A stretch of 64,000 nucleotides of DNA. It comes from Candidatus Latescibacterota bacterium (GTDB lineage: Bacteria > Latescibacterota > UBA2968 > UBA8231). The notes under the pieces were generated by a model that did not search any database, was not told the origin of the DNA, and saw only the letters and a list, made by a program, of their open reading frames with translations. A program made the position numbers and the translations under genes. Shown here one piece after another: positions 9,974 through 17,567 of the stretch (positions are counted from its first letter, which is position 1; each line of letters opens with the position of its first letter). The stretch is taken from NCBI GenBank assembly GCA_965203355.1, contig OZ241889.1, positions 384,001-448,000 of the forward strand. Reading direction: 5' to 3'.

Positions 9974-11083
9974 TTAAGAAACTCTTAGCATTTCTCGATT
10001 GTGTCCGTATTTTTTAAGTAACCTTTTAGAATATTCGATAGCACTTTCTTTGGAAGCATGACACTCAATATAGAGATCATTTTTTAGCTTTCTCGGAACG
10101 AAGAAATCTTTACCTGATGGATGTTTAGGTTTGCGATCAATTAACACTCGTTTGTCGCCTCGGCTTACATCAACAGGACAGTCTGACGGTTTCAGTTCTC
10201 CTTTGTCAATAAGCCAGTTAGCAGTATTTACCAATATTTCAAAAACATATCTCAATTCATAATGCACATCACCAATCTGCATCCTGCCCTTAGTTTGGTT
10301 TCCGGTCTTGGCGTTAGATTGTTTTGTCGATAACGGATCTATTTCTTGCTGTTCAGGGGAGAGTATCCACTTTTCCTGATGTGAGTGAATAAACTGCGGA
10401 ATTTTCTCAACGTCAACCTCCTCTAACCGGAAGCCACAAATGTCCTCGGTCGTTTCTTTTAGTAGCTCTACCAGTAATGAATCGCAATCGCAGTCCTTAA
10501 TGATTCTATTCCACGCTTTGGACAGGTTTTCTCTGAAAGCCTTCTCCTTTTGGCATCTCTCCAGAATGGACTCGGCGTGTTGGACCGCTTTTCCAGATCC
10601 AACATTCTCCCGAGAAAGCAAACGATCAAATATATCAACTATATCAACGACATCCTTTTCTTGCTTCAAAATGTCCAGGTTGTAAAGTCTGAGATCATTC
10701 CAATCACAATCTTTCGTGGTGACAAGGTAGAACCACCACGAAATCCCATTGGTTAAAACAGCTAAAGCAACGCCTGCGTGAAAGGAATAATCGAGGAGTT
10801 GTTCCTGATGCCTGTATAAGTTTTCCCCCGGTTTTTTAGCTTCAATGAAAACTTTGTTCTCACCATTGACCTGTAAGGCGTAATCAACTCTTCGTTCTCC
10901 AACACCATACTCTTGCTTGATCTCGTCACCGTAAACATCCCAACCCAGCAGACCCAAGATACGTTGAATGATCCTGCGTTTGGCATCTTCTTCATTTAAT
11001 AAGGTAAAAATACTGGAATCTTTTTTAATTTCTCTTAGACAATCTTCCAACGTTGATGCTGGCATAATTCTCTCCCCTGTCAT
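9974..11083 (-). CDS. Type I restriction HsdR N-terminal (PD-(D/E)XK) nuclease domain protein, stand-alone
   Basis: Motifs NEEDAKRRII, LGWD, VDYAL...FIEAKK, QLLDYSF and AVLTNG. DNA is AT-rich relative to the flanks. Confidence 0.8.
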   Translation of the reverse strand: MTGERIMPASTLEDCLREIKKDSSIFTLLNEEDAKRRIIQRILGLLGWDVYGDEIKQEYGVGERRVDYALQVNGENKVFIEAKKPGENLYRHQEQLLDYSFHAGVALAVLTNGISWWFYLVTTKDCDWNDLRLYNLDILKQEKDVVDIVDIFDRLLSRENVGSGKAVQHAESILERCQKEKAFRENLSKAWNRIIKDCDCDSLLVELLKETTEDICGFRLEEVDVEKIPQFIHSHQEKWILSPEQQEIDPLSTKQSNAKTGNQTKGRMQIGDVHYELRYVFEILVNTANWLIDKGELKPSDCPVDVSRGDKRVLIDRKPKHPSGKDFFVPRKLKNDLYIECHASKESAIEYSKRLLKKYGHNREMLRVS

Positions 11084-11118
11084 ATTACAAATCCTTCCAG
11101 TCTAAGGCGGTCATCGCA

Positions 11119-12156
11119 TCACGGAGCCGGTAGGTGGTATCCATCCTTGCCGACTGTTATCTTGGCCAAAATGCCGCGGTTTTCCGGCGGTGCGCCCCCG
11201 CCATAAGTGACGTAGAGCGTCTTGCTCGCCACGCCGCGGCCAAACGCCACATTGGTCGGGACTTCAGGCGTGGGGATATAGGCCAATTCCTCGCCATTGG
11301 GCGCATACACCACAATGCCCGGGCGCGTCACATCCCGCACCGCCACGTACAGATTGCCCTCGACATCCGCGACTAGACCGTCCGGCCCGTCTTCGGGATA
11401 GTAATTGACGAGCACCTCGCGGAATGTGGCCGTACCATCGGGATGCAGATCGTACGCCAACAACGCCATCCGCCCCTTGTGCGCTGGCGTACCTTCCAAA
11501 CGGAAAATCCCCGTGTTGCCGTTGTCGTTGCTCACCACGTAGAGCGACTGCTGGTCCGGGGACACGCAGACGCCATTGGGCTTGCCAGCGTCGGTAATGA
11601 TCCGCTCAATGGTGCCGTCCGGGTCAATGCGATAGACTGCCATCACCGGCTGATCGAGCGGCTCGTGGCCGAGGTAGCGGGGGTCACTGAAATAGATGCG
11701 GCCCTTTTCGTCGATGGAAATATCGTTAGGCGCGTTAAAGGGGCGACCCTCGTACAACCCGGCGATGATCTCGGCCTTGCCGGTTGTAAGGTCGGTGCGC
11801 GTCACGCGCTGCCCCCCAAAATCCGCTCCTTCAGCCGCGATCAGCCGACCCACCGCGTCGAACTTGAGGCCGTTGGACATGCCGCTGGGCGAGCGAAAAA
11901 TCGCGGTCTGGCCGGTTTTGGGATCGTAACGCCAAATGTGCCCGGCCTGCATCCCCGATTCCATGGAAAAGGTAATGTCGCTGAAGTAAACCGAGCCATC
12001 AAAGGCCACGGCCGGCCCCTCGGAAAAGAACGCGCCATCAAAAAGCACTTCGAGCTTGGCACCTAGAGGTACAATCGACCGATCGCCCGTTGGCTCTTGG
12101 GCAAGGGCCGTGCTGGCCACCAAGGCCAGCGCGATGGTGGCGAGACGTTGCATCAT
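11119..12156 (-). CDS. SMP-30/gluconolactonase/LRE family protein (secreted)
   Basis: Signal peptide, SEGPA, SNGL, NAPND, PNGV and PDGL. RBS aaggag precedes ATG 12156. Confidence 0.88.
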   Translation of the reverse strand: MMQRLATIALALVASTALAQEPTGDRSIVPLGAKLEVLFDGAFFSEGPAVAFDGSVYFSDITFSMESGMQAGHIWRYDPKTGQTAIFRSPSGMSNGLKFDAVGRLIAAEGADFGGQRVTRTDLTTGKAEIIAGLYEGRPFNAPNDISIDEKGRIYFSDPRYLGHEPLDQPVMAVYRIDPDGTIERIITDAGKPNGVCVSPDQQSLYVVSNDNGNTGIFRLEGTPAHKGRMALLAYDLHPDGTATFREVLVNYYPEDGPDGLVADVEGNLYVAVRDVTRPGIVVYAPNGEELAYIPTPEVPTNVAFGRGVASKTLYVTYGGGAPPENRGILAKITVGKDGYHLPAP

Positions 12157-12181
12157 GGTATCGCTCCTTGGAATGTGGGAG

Positions 12182-13708
12182 TCAGGAAAACACCGCATCG
12201 TACAGCCGCCGGACGCCTTGGCAATGCGCCGCTAAGACGGCCTCCAGCGGCTCGTCTAGGGCCATCAGTTCGGTTAGGATTTGGCGGGCTTCCTCCTCTT
12301 CGGGCACCGCGTACACCGGCTGAGCCTCGTGAATTTGCAGCAAGTTCTCTAGCTGCCGCAAAAAGCGGTAGGCCTCCTTTAGGGTCTGGGCGTCCGCGGC
12401 AGCGAGCAATTCGGCCCGCCGCAGGTGCTCAATCGCCGCCAAAGTATTGTGGGAGCGGATTTGGGGCTGAGTGTGGCCGTTGAGTAGTTGCAGGCACTGG
12501 ACGATGAACTCAATGTCGCGGATGCCCCCAGGCTGGAGCTTGATGTTGTTGTCGCCGGCCCTGCTCGCTATCTCGGCCTCGATGCGCTGCTTGACGCGGG
12601 CAATCTCTCGACGCGGGCTTACTGGGAAATGGTCTGGAAAGACAAAAGGGACCAACATCTGACGAAAGCGCTGCCACACTTGGGTTGAGCCAGCGACGCG
12701 GCGGGCCTTAATCAGCATCTGGCGCTCCCACAACTCGCCTCGTTCTTCGTAGTAGCTCAAGTAGCCGGCCAAGGGGCGCACTAAGGCTCCATCCATTCCG
12801 TCGGGCCGCAACCGCATGTCGACGCGATAAAAAAATCCCTCCGCCGTCATCGCGGTCAACAACTGGATCAGCCGCTCGCCCAAGCGCCGAAAAAACTGGC
12901 CGTTATCGACTGAATAGCCACCGCACGGCGCGCACGTTTGGCCTTCTTCATCATAGATGAACAACAAATCGACATCCGAGCTGTAGTTGAGCTCTTGGCC
13001 GCCGTACTTGCCCAAGCCCACCACGCAGAACTTAGCCGGCCGGCCGCACTCGTCCAGCGGTCGGCCCCAGCGCGGCAGCAGCTCTTCCCAAGCCCACTTT
13101 AGGGCCTGATCGACTATCCCGTCGGCCAAGTCGGCCAATTCGCGGCCGACCTGCCGCACGTCTTTCATGCCCAGCACTTGGGCCGTGCCCAACCGCAGCA
13201 ACTCGCGCCGCTGGAATCGGTACAAATCCGTTAGGGGATCGTCGCTATCCGTCGCTTCGACTAGCGCACGGCGCAGGGCGGAGAGGGGCAGGGACTGGCT
13301 CAGGTGGGGCGTCTCTACCAGCAGCCAATAGAGGTACGCCGGGTCGCGCACCAGTACGTCGGTCAAAAAGCCGCTATAGCCCAAAATTTGCGCCAACTGC
13401 TGCCCCAAGACCGGGGTGTCGTTGGTCCGGTGATGCAGCGTCGTAATCCCACCCGCTCGGTGCAAGAACCGCTCCAACCGCCGCAGCGCTTGGTCGGGCT
13501 GGACGGCTTGGCTCACGGCTGCCAGCAGCGACACCGGCGGATCTAGGGCATAGGCTGGCCCCGCCAAATCGACCAACAGGTCCAGTCGCCGCAGGGCCTC
13601 GTAGGGCTGATCAAAGCCCAACTGCGCTAGGGTATGGCACGCCGGCCCGCTCGCCTCTTCAAAGACTCGATGCGCTAGACGCTGGCTCTCTTGGAACGCC
13701 GGCATCAA
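12182..13708 (-). CDS. GlnE-like glutamine synthetase adenylyltransferase, single nucleotidyltransferase domain
   Basis: Motifs GLGKYGGQELNYSSDVDL, VDMRLRPDG and NIKLQPGGIRDIEF. Only 508 aa. Confidence 0.8.
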   Translation of the reverse strand: MMPAFQESQRLAHRVFEEASGPACHTLAQLGFDQPYEALRRLDLLVDLAGPAYALDPPVSLLAAVSQAVQPDQALRRLERFLHRAGGITTLHHRTNDTPVLGQQLAQILGYSGFLTDVLVRDPAYLYWLLVETPHLSQSLPLSALRRALVEATDSDDPLTDLYRFQRRELLRLGTAQVLGMKDVRQVGRELADLADGIVDQALKWAWEELLPRWGRPLDECGRPAKFCVVGLGKYGGQELNYSSDVDLLFIYDEEGQTCAPCGGYSVDNGQFFRRLGERLIQLLTAMTAEGFFYRVDMRLRPDGMDGALVRPLAGYLSYYEERGELWERQMLIKARRVAGSTQVWQRFRQMLVPFVFPDHFPVSPRREIARVKQRIEAEIASRAGDNNIKLQPGGIRDIEFIVQCLQLLNGHTQPQIRSHNTLAAIEHLRRAELLAAADAQTLKEAYRFLRQLENLLQIHEAQPVYAVPEEEEARQILTELMALDEPLEAVLAAHCQGVRRLYDAVFS

Positions 13709-14918
13709 TCGCCTCCTTTAATACGCACGCGCTGGGTGGCCACGGATCCAGACAAGCGGCCGTCGGCCGCGGCCCAGTCGGTCGCCAGCGGAACGCATCA
13801 TACGACTGGTACTTCACGTCCAGCCACGGCGTCTCCAGCCGCTTGTACCCCTCGTAGCGCGACGTCAGCGCCGCTTCGAGAATGCCGCTGGTCAGCAAGG
13901 TGCGCTCGACCGGGTACTGGGCTGCGCCGCTCAGGAACATCTCTTCGACGTTGAGCGACAGATAGCTAAAATGCGCGTAGGCCCCTTCCTCCCCGCCGTG
14001 CCCTTGGGTGTGGAACTCACAGGCCTGTACCTCGCCGCCGACGCGCGCCGCGTACGCCAAATCCCGGACATAGCCGTTGAGCATGAGCACGGCACCCCGC
14101 AATCCGTCGCGGTACTCCACCGCAAAAAGCGCTGGATTTTGGCAGTGCTGCTCCACCGTCCCCGCGGGCTTGTCGGCAATAGTCGCGCAAGCGGCCTCGG
14201 CGAGTGCCCGCGACCACAAGCCCTCGTCGGCCGCACGCCACACAGCCTCCCCCTCCAAACAGGTCACCGCCGCCACGCCCGTCTCGCCGCCACGCCGCCG
14301 CTCGACCATGCACTGGAGCACTTCGAGGGTGTGGAACCCATAGATATCCAGCCCGGAAAACCCAATTGCTACGGCCTCTTCCACCGGGGTCTCCAACTCG
14401 TGTTCAACCCAAGGCTGTCGCCAACACACCGGCAGCGAAGACCCACCCATAAACGCCGCTCCCACCGCCTGCGCCCGTTGGTACATCCACAGCGCATCGG
14501 TCCAGCTATAGGACAAGTGCTTGTCGTTGAACACCGGCACCCCCCGCTTCGACGTCGCCATCACCCCGCAGATTTGCTCCATGAAGTAACGGCGCGGATA
14601 AAGCTGCTGCTCCTTTTCGTTCCAAGCGTAGTCCCCGTGCTCGCCAATGGACAGCACCCCATCCACCGCTAGCGCGCGCCCCCCCAGACACAGTGCCGCT
14701 GAGATGCTGTTAAAAATCGGCACTCCGTGCTCTTGGGCCATCGCCCGTCCCATGTCGTTTTCGGGAAACTGGTCAATGTACATCGACGCAATCTCGACCC
14801 TCGGCGCACACAAGCCCTCGTCCGTGGGAAAGCCCTTGAGGAACTTGGAGACGATCACGTCGGCGTGCGACCTGGGGCGGTATTCGGTGAGGATCGCCGC
14901 GATTTTCTTTTTGCTCAT
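13659..14918 (-). CDS. Conserved hypothetical protein, probable Rossmann-type oxidoreductase-like
   Basis: Long clean ORF with SHADVIV, VDGVLSIGEHGDY, FNDKHLSY, GSSLPV and YGFHTLE. Overlaps the glnE-like gene. Confidence 0.6.
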   Translation of the reverse strand: MSKKKIAAILTEYRPRSHADVIVSKFLKGFPTDEGLCAPRVEIASMYIDQFPENDMGRAMAQEHGVPIFNSISAALCLGGRALAVDGVLSIGEHGDYAWNEKEQQLYPRRYFMEQICGVMATSKRGVPVFNDKHLSYSWTDALWMYQRAQAVGAAFMGGSSLPVCWRQPWVEHELETPVEEAVAIGFSGLDIYGFHTLEVLQCMVERRRGGETGVAAVTCLEGEAVWRAADEGLWSRALAEAACATIADKPAGTVEQHCQNPALFAVEYRDGLRGAVLMLNGYVRDLAYAARVGGEVQACEFHTQGHGGEEGAYAHFSYLSLNVEEMFLSGAAQYPVERTLLTSGILEAALTSRYEGYKRLETPWLDVKYQSYDAFRWRPTGPRPTAACLDPWPPSACVLKEAIDAGVPREPASSASSL

Positions 14919-14928
14919 CTGTATCCCA

Positions 14929-15891
14929 CTACTTGATCGCTGCCAACGCAGCAAACAACGCCTTGATGTACCCTATCGAGTACGCCAGCCCCCGCGTCAG
15001 TGCCCCCGCGTCCCCTTCTAGCGCCGGTATGTGGTCCGGGTTGATGCACCCGTCGAAACCCACCCGATCCAGCTCCAGCAGAATTTTGGCCATGTTCATG
15101 TCGCCGTCGTCGAGCAAGGTCTCCTCAAACCCACCGGCCGTGGCCAAGCTCCCGCGTACATTGCGCAAATGCACCATGAAAATCCGGCCCTTGCGCCCGT
15201 AGTTGTGTACCTCGTCGAGCACTAAGGGCAAGCCCCCGGCCTCGGCGCGGGTGCCGCAACAGTAGAGGTACCCAACTTGGCGGCTGGGGAAGGCGTCAAT
15301 GACCTTGTGAAAGCCCAAACCGCCCAGCGGCGTATCCGGCAGCGGCGAGTCCGAAGGATGGATTGCCAGCTTGATGTCGCGGTCTTCGGCAATGGGCACC
15401 AAGCGCTCGTACACCGTGCAAAAGCGCGCCCACCAAGCGTCGAGCTGTTCTGGCGAAGGGGGGCCTTCGTCGCTCTCGACCAAGCCTCGGCTTTCGGCCC
15501 GATAGTGATAGCCGCCGCGCCGTGGCGAGTTCCAGCGCCGGAGCATCCAAGGAAACACATCGCCGTGAAATTGCTGCCGCGCAATGGGAGCACCAGCCTC
15601 GGCAAACACCTCCAAGGCCGCAGCCGCGTTCTCTAGCTCCTTTTCGCAGCCGTCCTCCCCCGATATGAACTTTGCGGTTATATCCGGTAGGGTCACGCGG
15701 TTGAAGTCCAGCCCCCAAGAGCGGATTTTTTTTCTTATTTTTATTACGGCGTCCAAGTCGGGATAGCCCTGCTCTTTGACCCCAGGGAAGTAATCGCCCG
15801 CGCCAAAGTCCAAACAATCGACCCCGAGTTGGGTGACGTAGCGCAGATACGATTCCGACAAATCGCCGTGCCAAACGGATATTTTGAACAT
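14929..15891 (-). CDS. Mannonate dehydratase (UxuA)-like TIM-barrel protein
   Basis: Motifs LAIHPSD, VHLRNVRG, FEETLLDDGDMNM and NPDHIP. Confidence 0.78.
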   Translation of the reverse strand: MFKISVWHGDLSESYLRYVTQLGVDCLDFGAGDYFPGVKEQGYPDLDAVIKIRKKIRSWGLDFNRVTLPDITAKFISGEDGCEKELENAAAALEVFAEAGAPIARQQFHGDVFPWMLRRWNSPRRGGYHYRAESRGLVESDEGPPSPEQLDAWWARFCTVYERLVPIAEDRDIKLAIHPSDSPLPDTPLGGLGFHKVIDAFPSRQVGYLYCCGTRAEAGGLPLVLDEVHNYGRKGRIFMVHLRNVRGSLATAGGFEETLLDDGDMNMAKILLELDRVGFDGCINPDHIPALEGDAGALTRGLAYSIGYIKALFAALAAIK

Positions 15892-15977
15892 CGCTTGCCC
15901 TCCTTTTGCCGGGCACAAAATAGCCAAGTCCCCTCAAGCCAACAAGCAGTGCCGCTCTTGCCATAGGACGACAAAAC

Positions 15978-16388
15978 ATGCCAGCACAGCCTGCCGACTT
16001 CACGCTCACCTTAGACGTCCGCGACTACGAATGCGACTTACAGGGTATTGTCAACAACGCGATCTACCAACACTACCTCGAACACGCCCGCCACCAATAC
16101 TTGCAAAGCCTCGGCCTCAGCTTTGCCCGCTTCCACGAGCAGGGCCACGACTTGGTCCTCACGCGCGCAGAAATCGACTATAAGACCCCCCTCCGCAGCG
16201 GCGACCGCTTCACGGTCGAGTTGCGCTTGGAGCGGGAGAGCCGCCTGCGCTTTTGCTTTGTCCAAGATGTTTTCAGAGAAGCCGATGGCGCACACGTGCT
16301 GCACGGCCGCCTCATCGGCACCAGCCTCAACCGCGACGGGCAGCGCGGTTTTCCGCCTGAGATAGAGGAGCTATTGGCGGGTCGGTAA
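15978..16388 (+). CDS. Acyl-CoA thioesterase (4HBT/YbgC hotdog fold)
   Basis: Motif VRDYECDLQGIVNNAIYQHYLEHAR. Confidence 0.9.
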   Translation: MPAQPADFTLTLDVRDYECDLQGIVNNAIYQHYLEHARHQYLQSLGLSFARFHEQGHDLVLTRAEIDYKTPLRSGDRFTVELRLERESRLRFCFVQDVFREADGAHVLHGRLIGTSLNRDGQRGFPPEIEELLAGR

Positions 16389-16551
16389 CGCGGCAATTCC
16401 AATCTCGCTTCTCCCAGCGCTTTAAGACGCCTTTCTGCTACTTTTGCGCGAGAAAGGGTATAAGGGTGCTACTTCCCAGACTTCTCACTCCTGTATCCTT
16501 TCCGCTACACTCCAGCCCCTCATAGCCCCTCCTCCCCCCTGAGCCACAGCC

Positions 16552-16568
16552 TTGGCATGAATATTGCA
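16552..16568 (+). promoter_or_regulatory. Sigma54 (-24/-12)-like promoter upstream of the rpn gene
   Basis: TTGGCATGAATATTGCA is GG-N10-GC and matches TGGCAY-N5-TTGCW, about 50 nt before ATG 16621. Confidence 0.55.
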
Positions 16569-16620
16569 GCGTAGGCATTGCCCTCACCACTCTGAACCCG
16601 CGAATGCCTACTGGAGCGCC

Positions 16621-17532
16621 ATGGCCGAATTCGACACCATCGCCAAACACCTCATCCACACCTATCCCCGAGACTTCGCCCGCTTCGCCCTCCAACAAGA
16701 CGACCTCGAAGTCCTCGACATCCTCGACACCGAACAACCCACCGTCGAGACCCACCGCACCGACAGCCTCATCCGCGTGCGCAGCCAAGGCCAAGAGGCC
16801 CTCATCCATCACGAATTTCAAACCACCGACAGCAACTCCCCCATGCCGCAGCGCATGGCCGGTTACATCGGCCGCGGCATCGAGCAGCACGGCCTACCCC
16901 TCTATTCCAACGTCATCTACCTACGGCCCAACGCCGGCCGACGCGATCCGGGGTATTATCTCCAAGCGCAGCATGGCTACCGCGTGCTGGTCCAATACAA
17001 GGTGATTCGGCTGAGCCAACTGGACGGCCAACGCATACTCGACCGCGGTCTGATGGGCTTGCTGCCGTTTGCGCCGTTGATGCAACCGCCGACGGGGGTG
17101 GATGCCGAGGCGTGGTTGCGTCAGTGTATCCACCGGGCGCAACAGGCCCCTCTCGACGAGCCGGTCAAAGCCAATTACTTGGCCGATCTTGCGATTTTGA
17201 GCGGGTTGGTGTATAACTTAGAAACGATTATGACCATCATTTCGGAGGCGACCATGTACGAATCGTCGGTAGTGCAGTATTTCACGGAAAAGGCACTTGA
17301 GCAAGGCATCGAACAAGGCATTGAACAAGGCATTGAACAAGGCATTGAGCAAGGCATTCGCGAAAGCATCCAAGCAGTGTTGGAACTGCGCTTTCAGCCC
17401 GAGGCCGTGCGCGGCTTGGTCGCCCGCTTAGGGGCCATCGACGAGGTGCCGCGACTCAAACAGTTGCACCGAGCGGCCCTACAGGTGACCAGCCTCGAAG
17501 CCTTTAGGTCCCTGCTAGACAAAGCTCAATAG
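16621..17532 (+). CDS. Rpn family recombination-promoting nuclease / putative transposase (PD-(D/E)XK)
   Basis: Motifs FDTIAKHL, RTDSL, HHEFQT, MPQRMAGY, NVIYL and LLPFAPL, an EQGI repeat and an LELRF C-terminal domain. Confidence 0.85.
   Translation: MAEFDTIAKHLIHTYPRDFARFALQQDDLEVLDILDTEQPTVETHRTDSLIRVRSQGQEALIHHEFQTTDSNSPMPQRMAGYIGRGIEQHGLPLYSNVIYLRPNAGRRDPGYYLQAQHGYRVLVQYKVIRLSQLDGQRILDRGLMGLLPFAPLMQPPTGVDAEAWLRQCIHRAQQAPLDEPVKANYLADLAILSGLVYNLETIMTIISEATMYESSVVQYFTEKALEQGIEQGIEQGIEQGIEQGIRESIQAVLELRFQPEAVRGLVARLGAIDEVPRLKQLHRAALQVTSLEAFRSLLDKAQ
17254..17532 (+). CDS. Putative internally translated small Rpn C-terminal protein (RpnS-like antitoxin), 92 aa
   Basis: In-frame ATG 17254 preceded by GGAGG (17244-17248) at 5-nt spacing, just before the EQGI repeats. 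Confidence 0.55.
   Translation: MYESSVVQYFTEKALEQGIEQGIEQGIEQGIEQGIRESIQAVLELRFQPEAVRGLVARLGAIDEVPRLKQLHRAALQVTSLEAFRSLLDKAQ
17299..17358 (+). repeat. Five copies of a 12-bp tandem repeat GA(A/G)CAAGGCAT(C/T) encoding (EQGI)5
   Basis: Read directly from the sequence. Confidence 0.95.
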
Positions 17533-17567
17533 AGGCACGGCGTAACGCCTGTCACTCATTTAGCTTC

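Noticed and set aside
16621-17532. Rpn gene as an active IS transposase
   Set aside because: No terminal inverted repeats or target duplication flank it, and the family is a PD-(D/E)XK nuclease.
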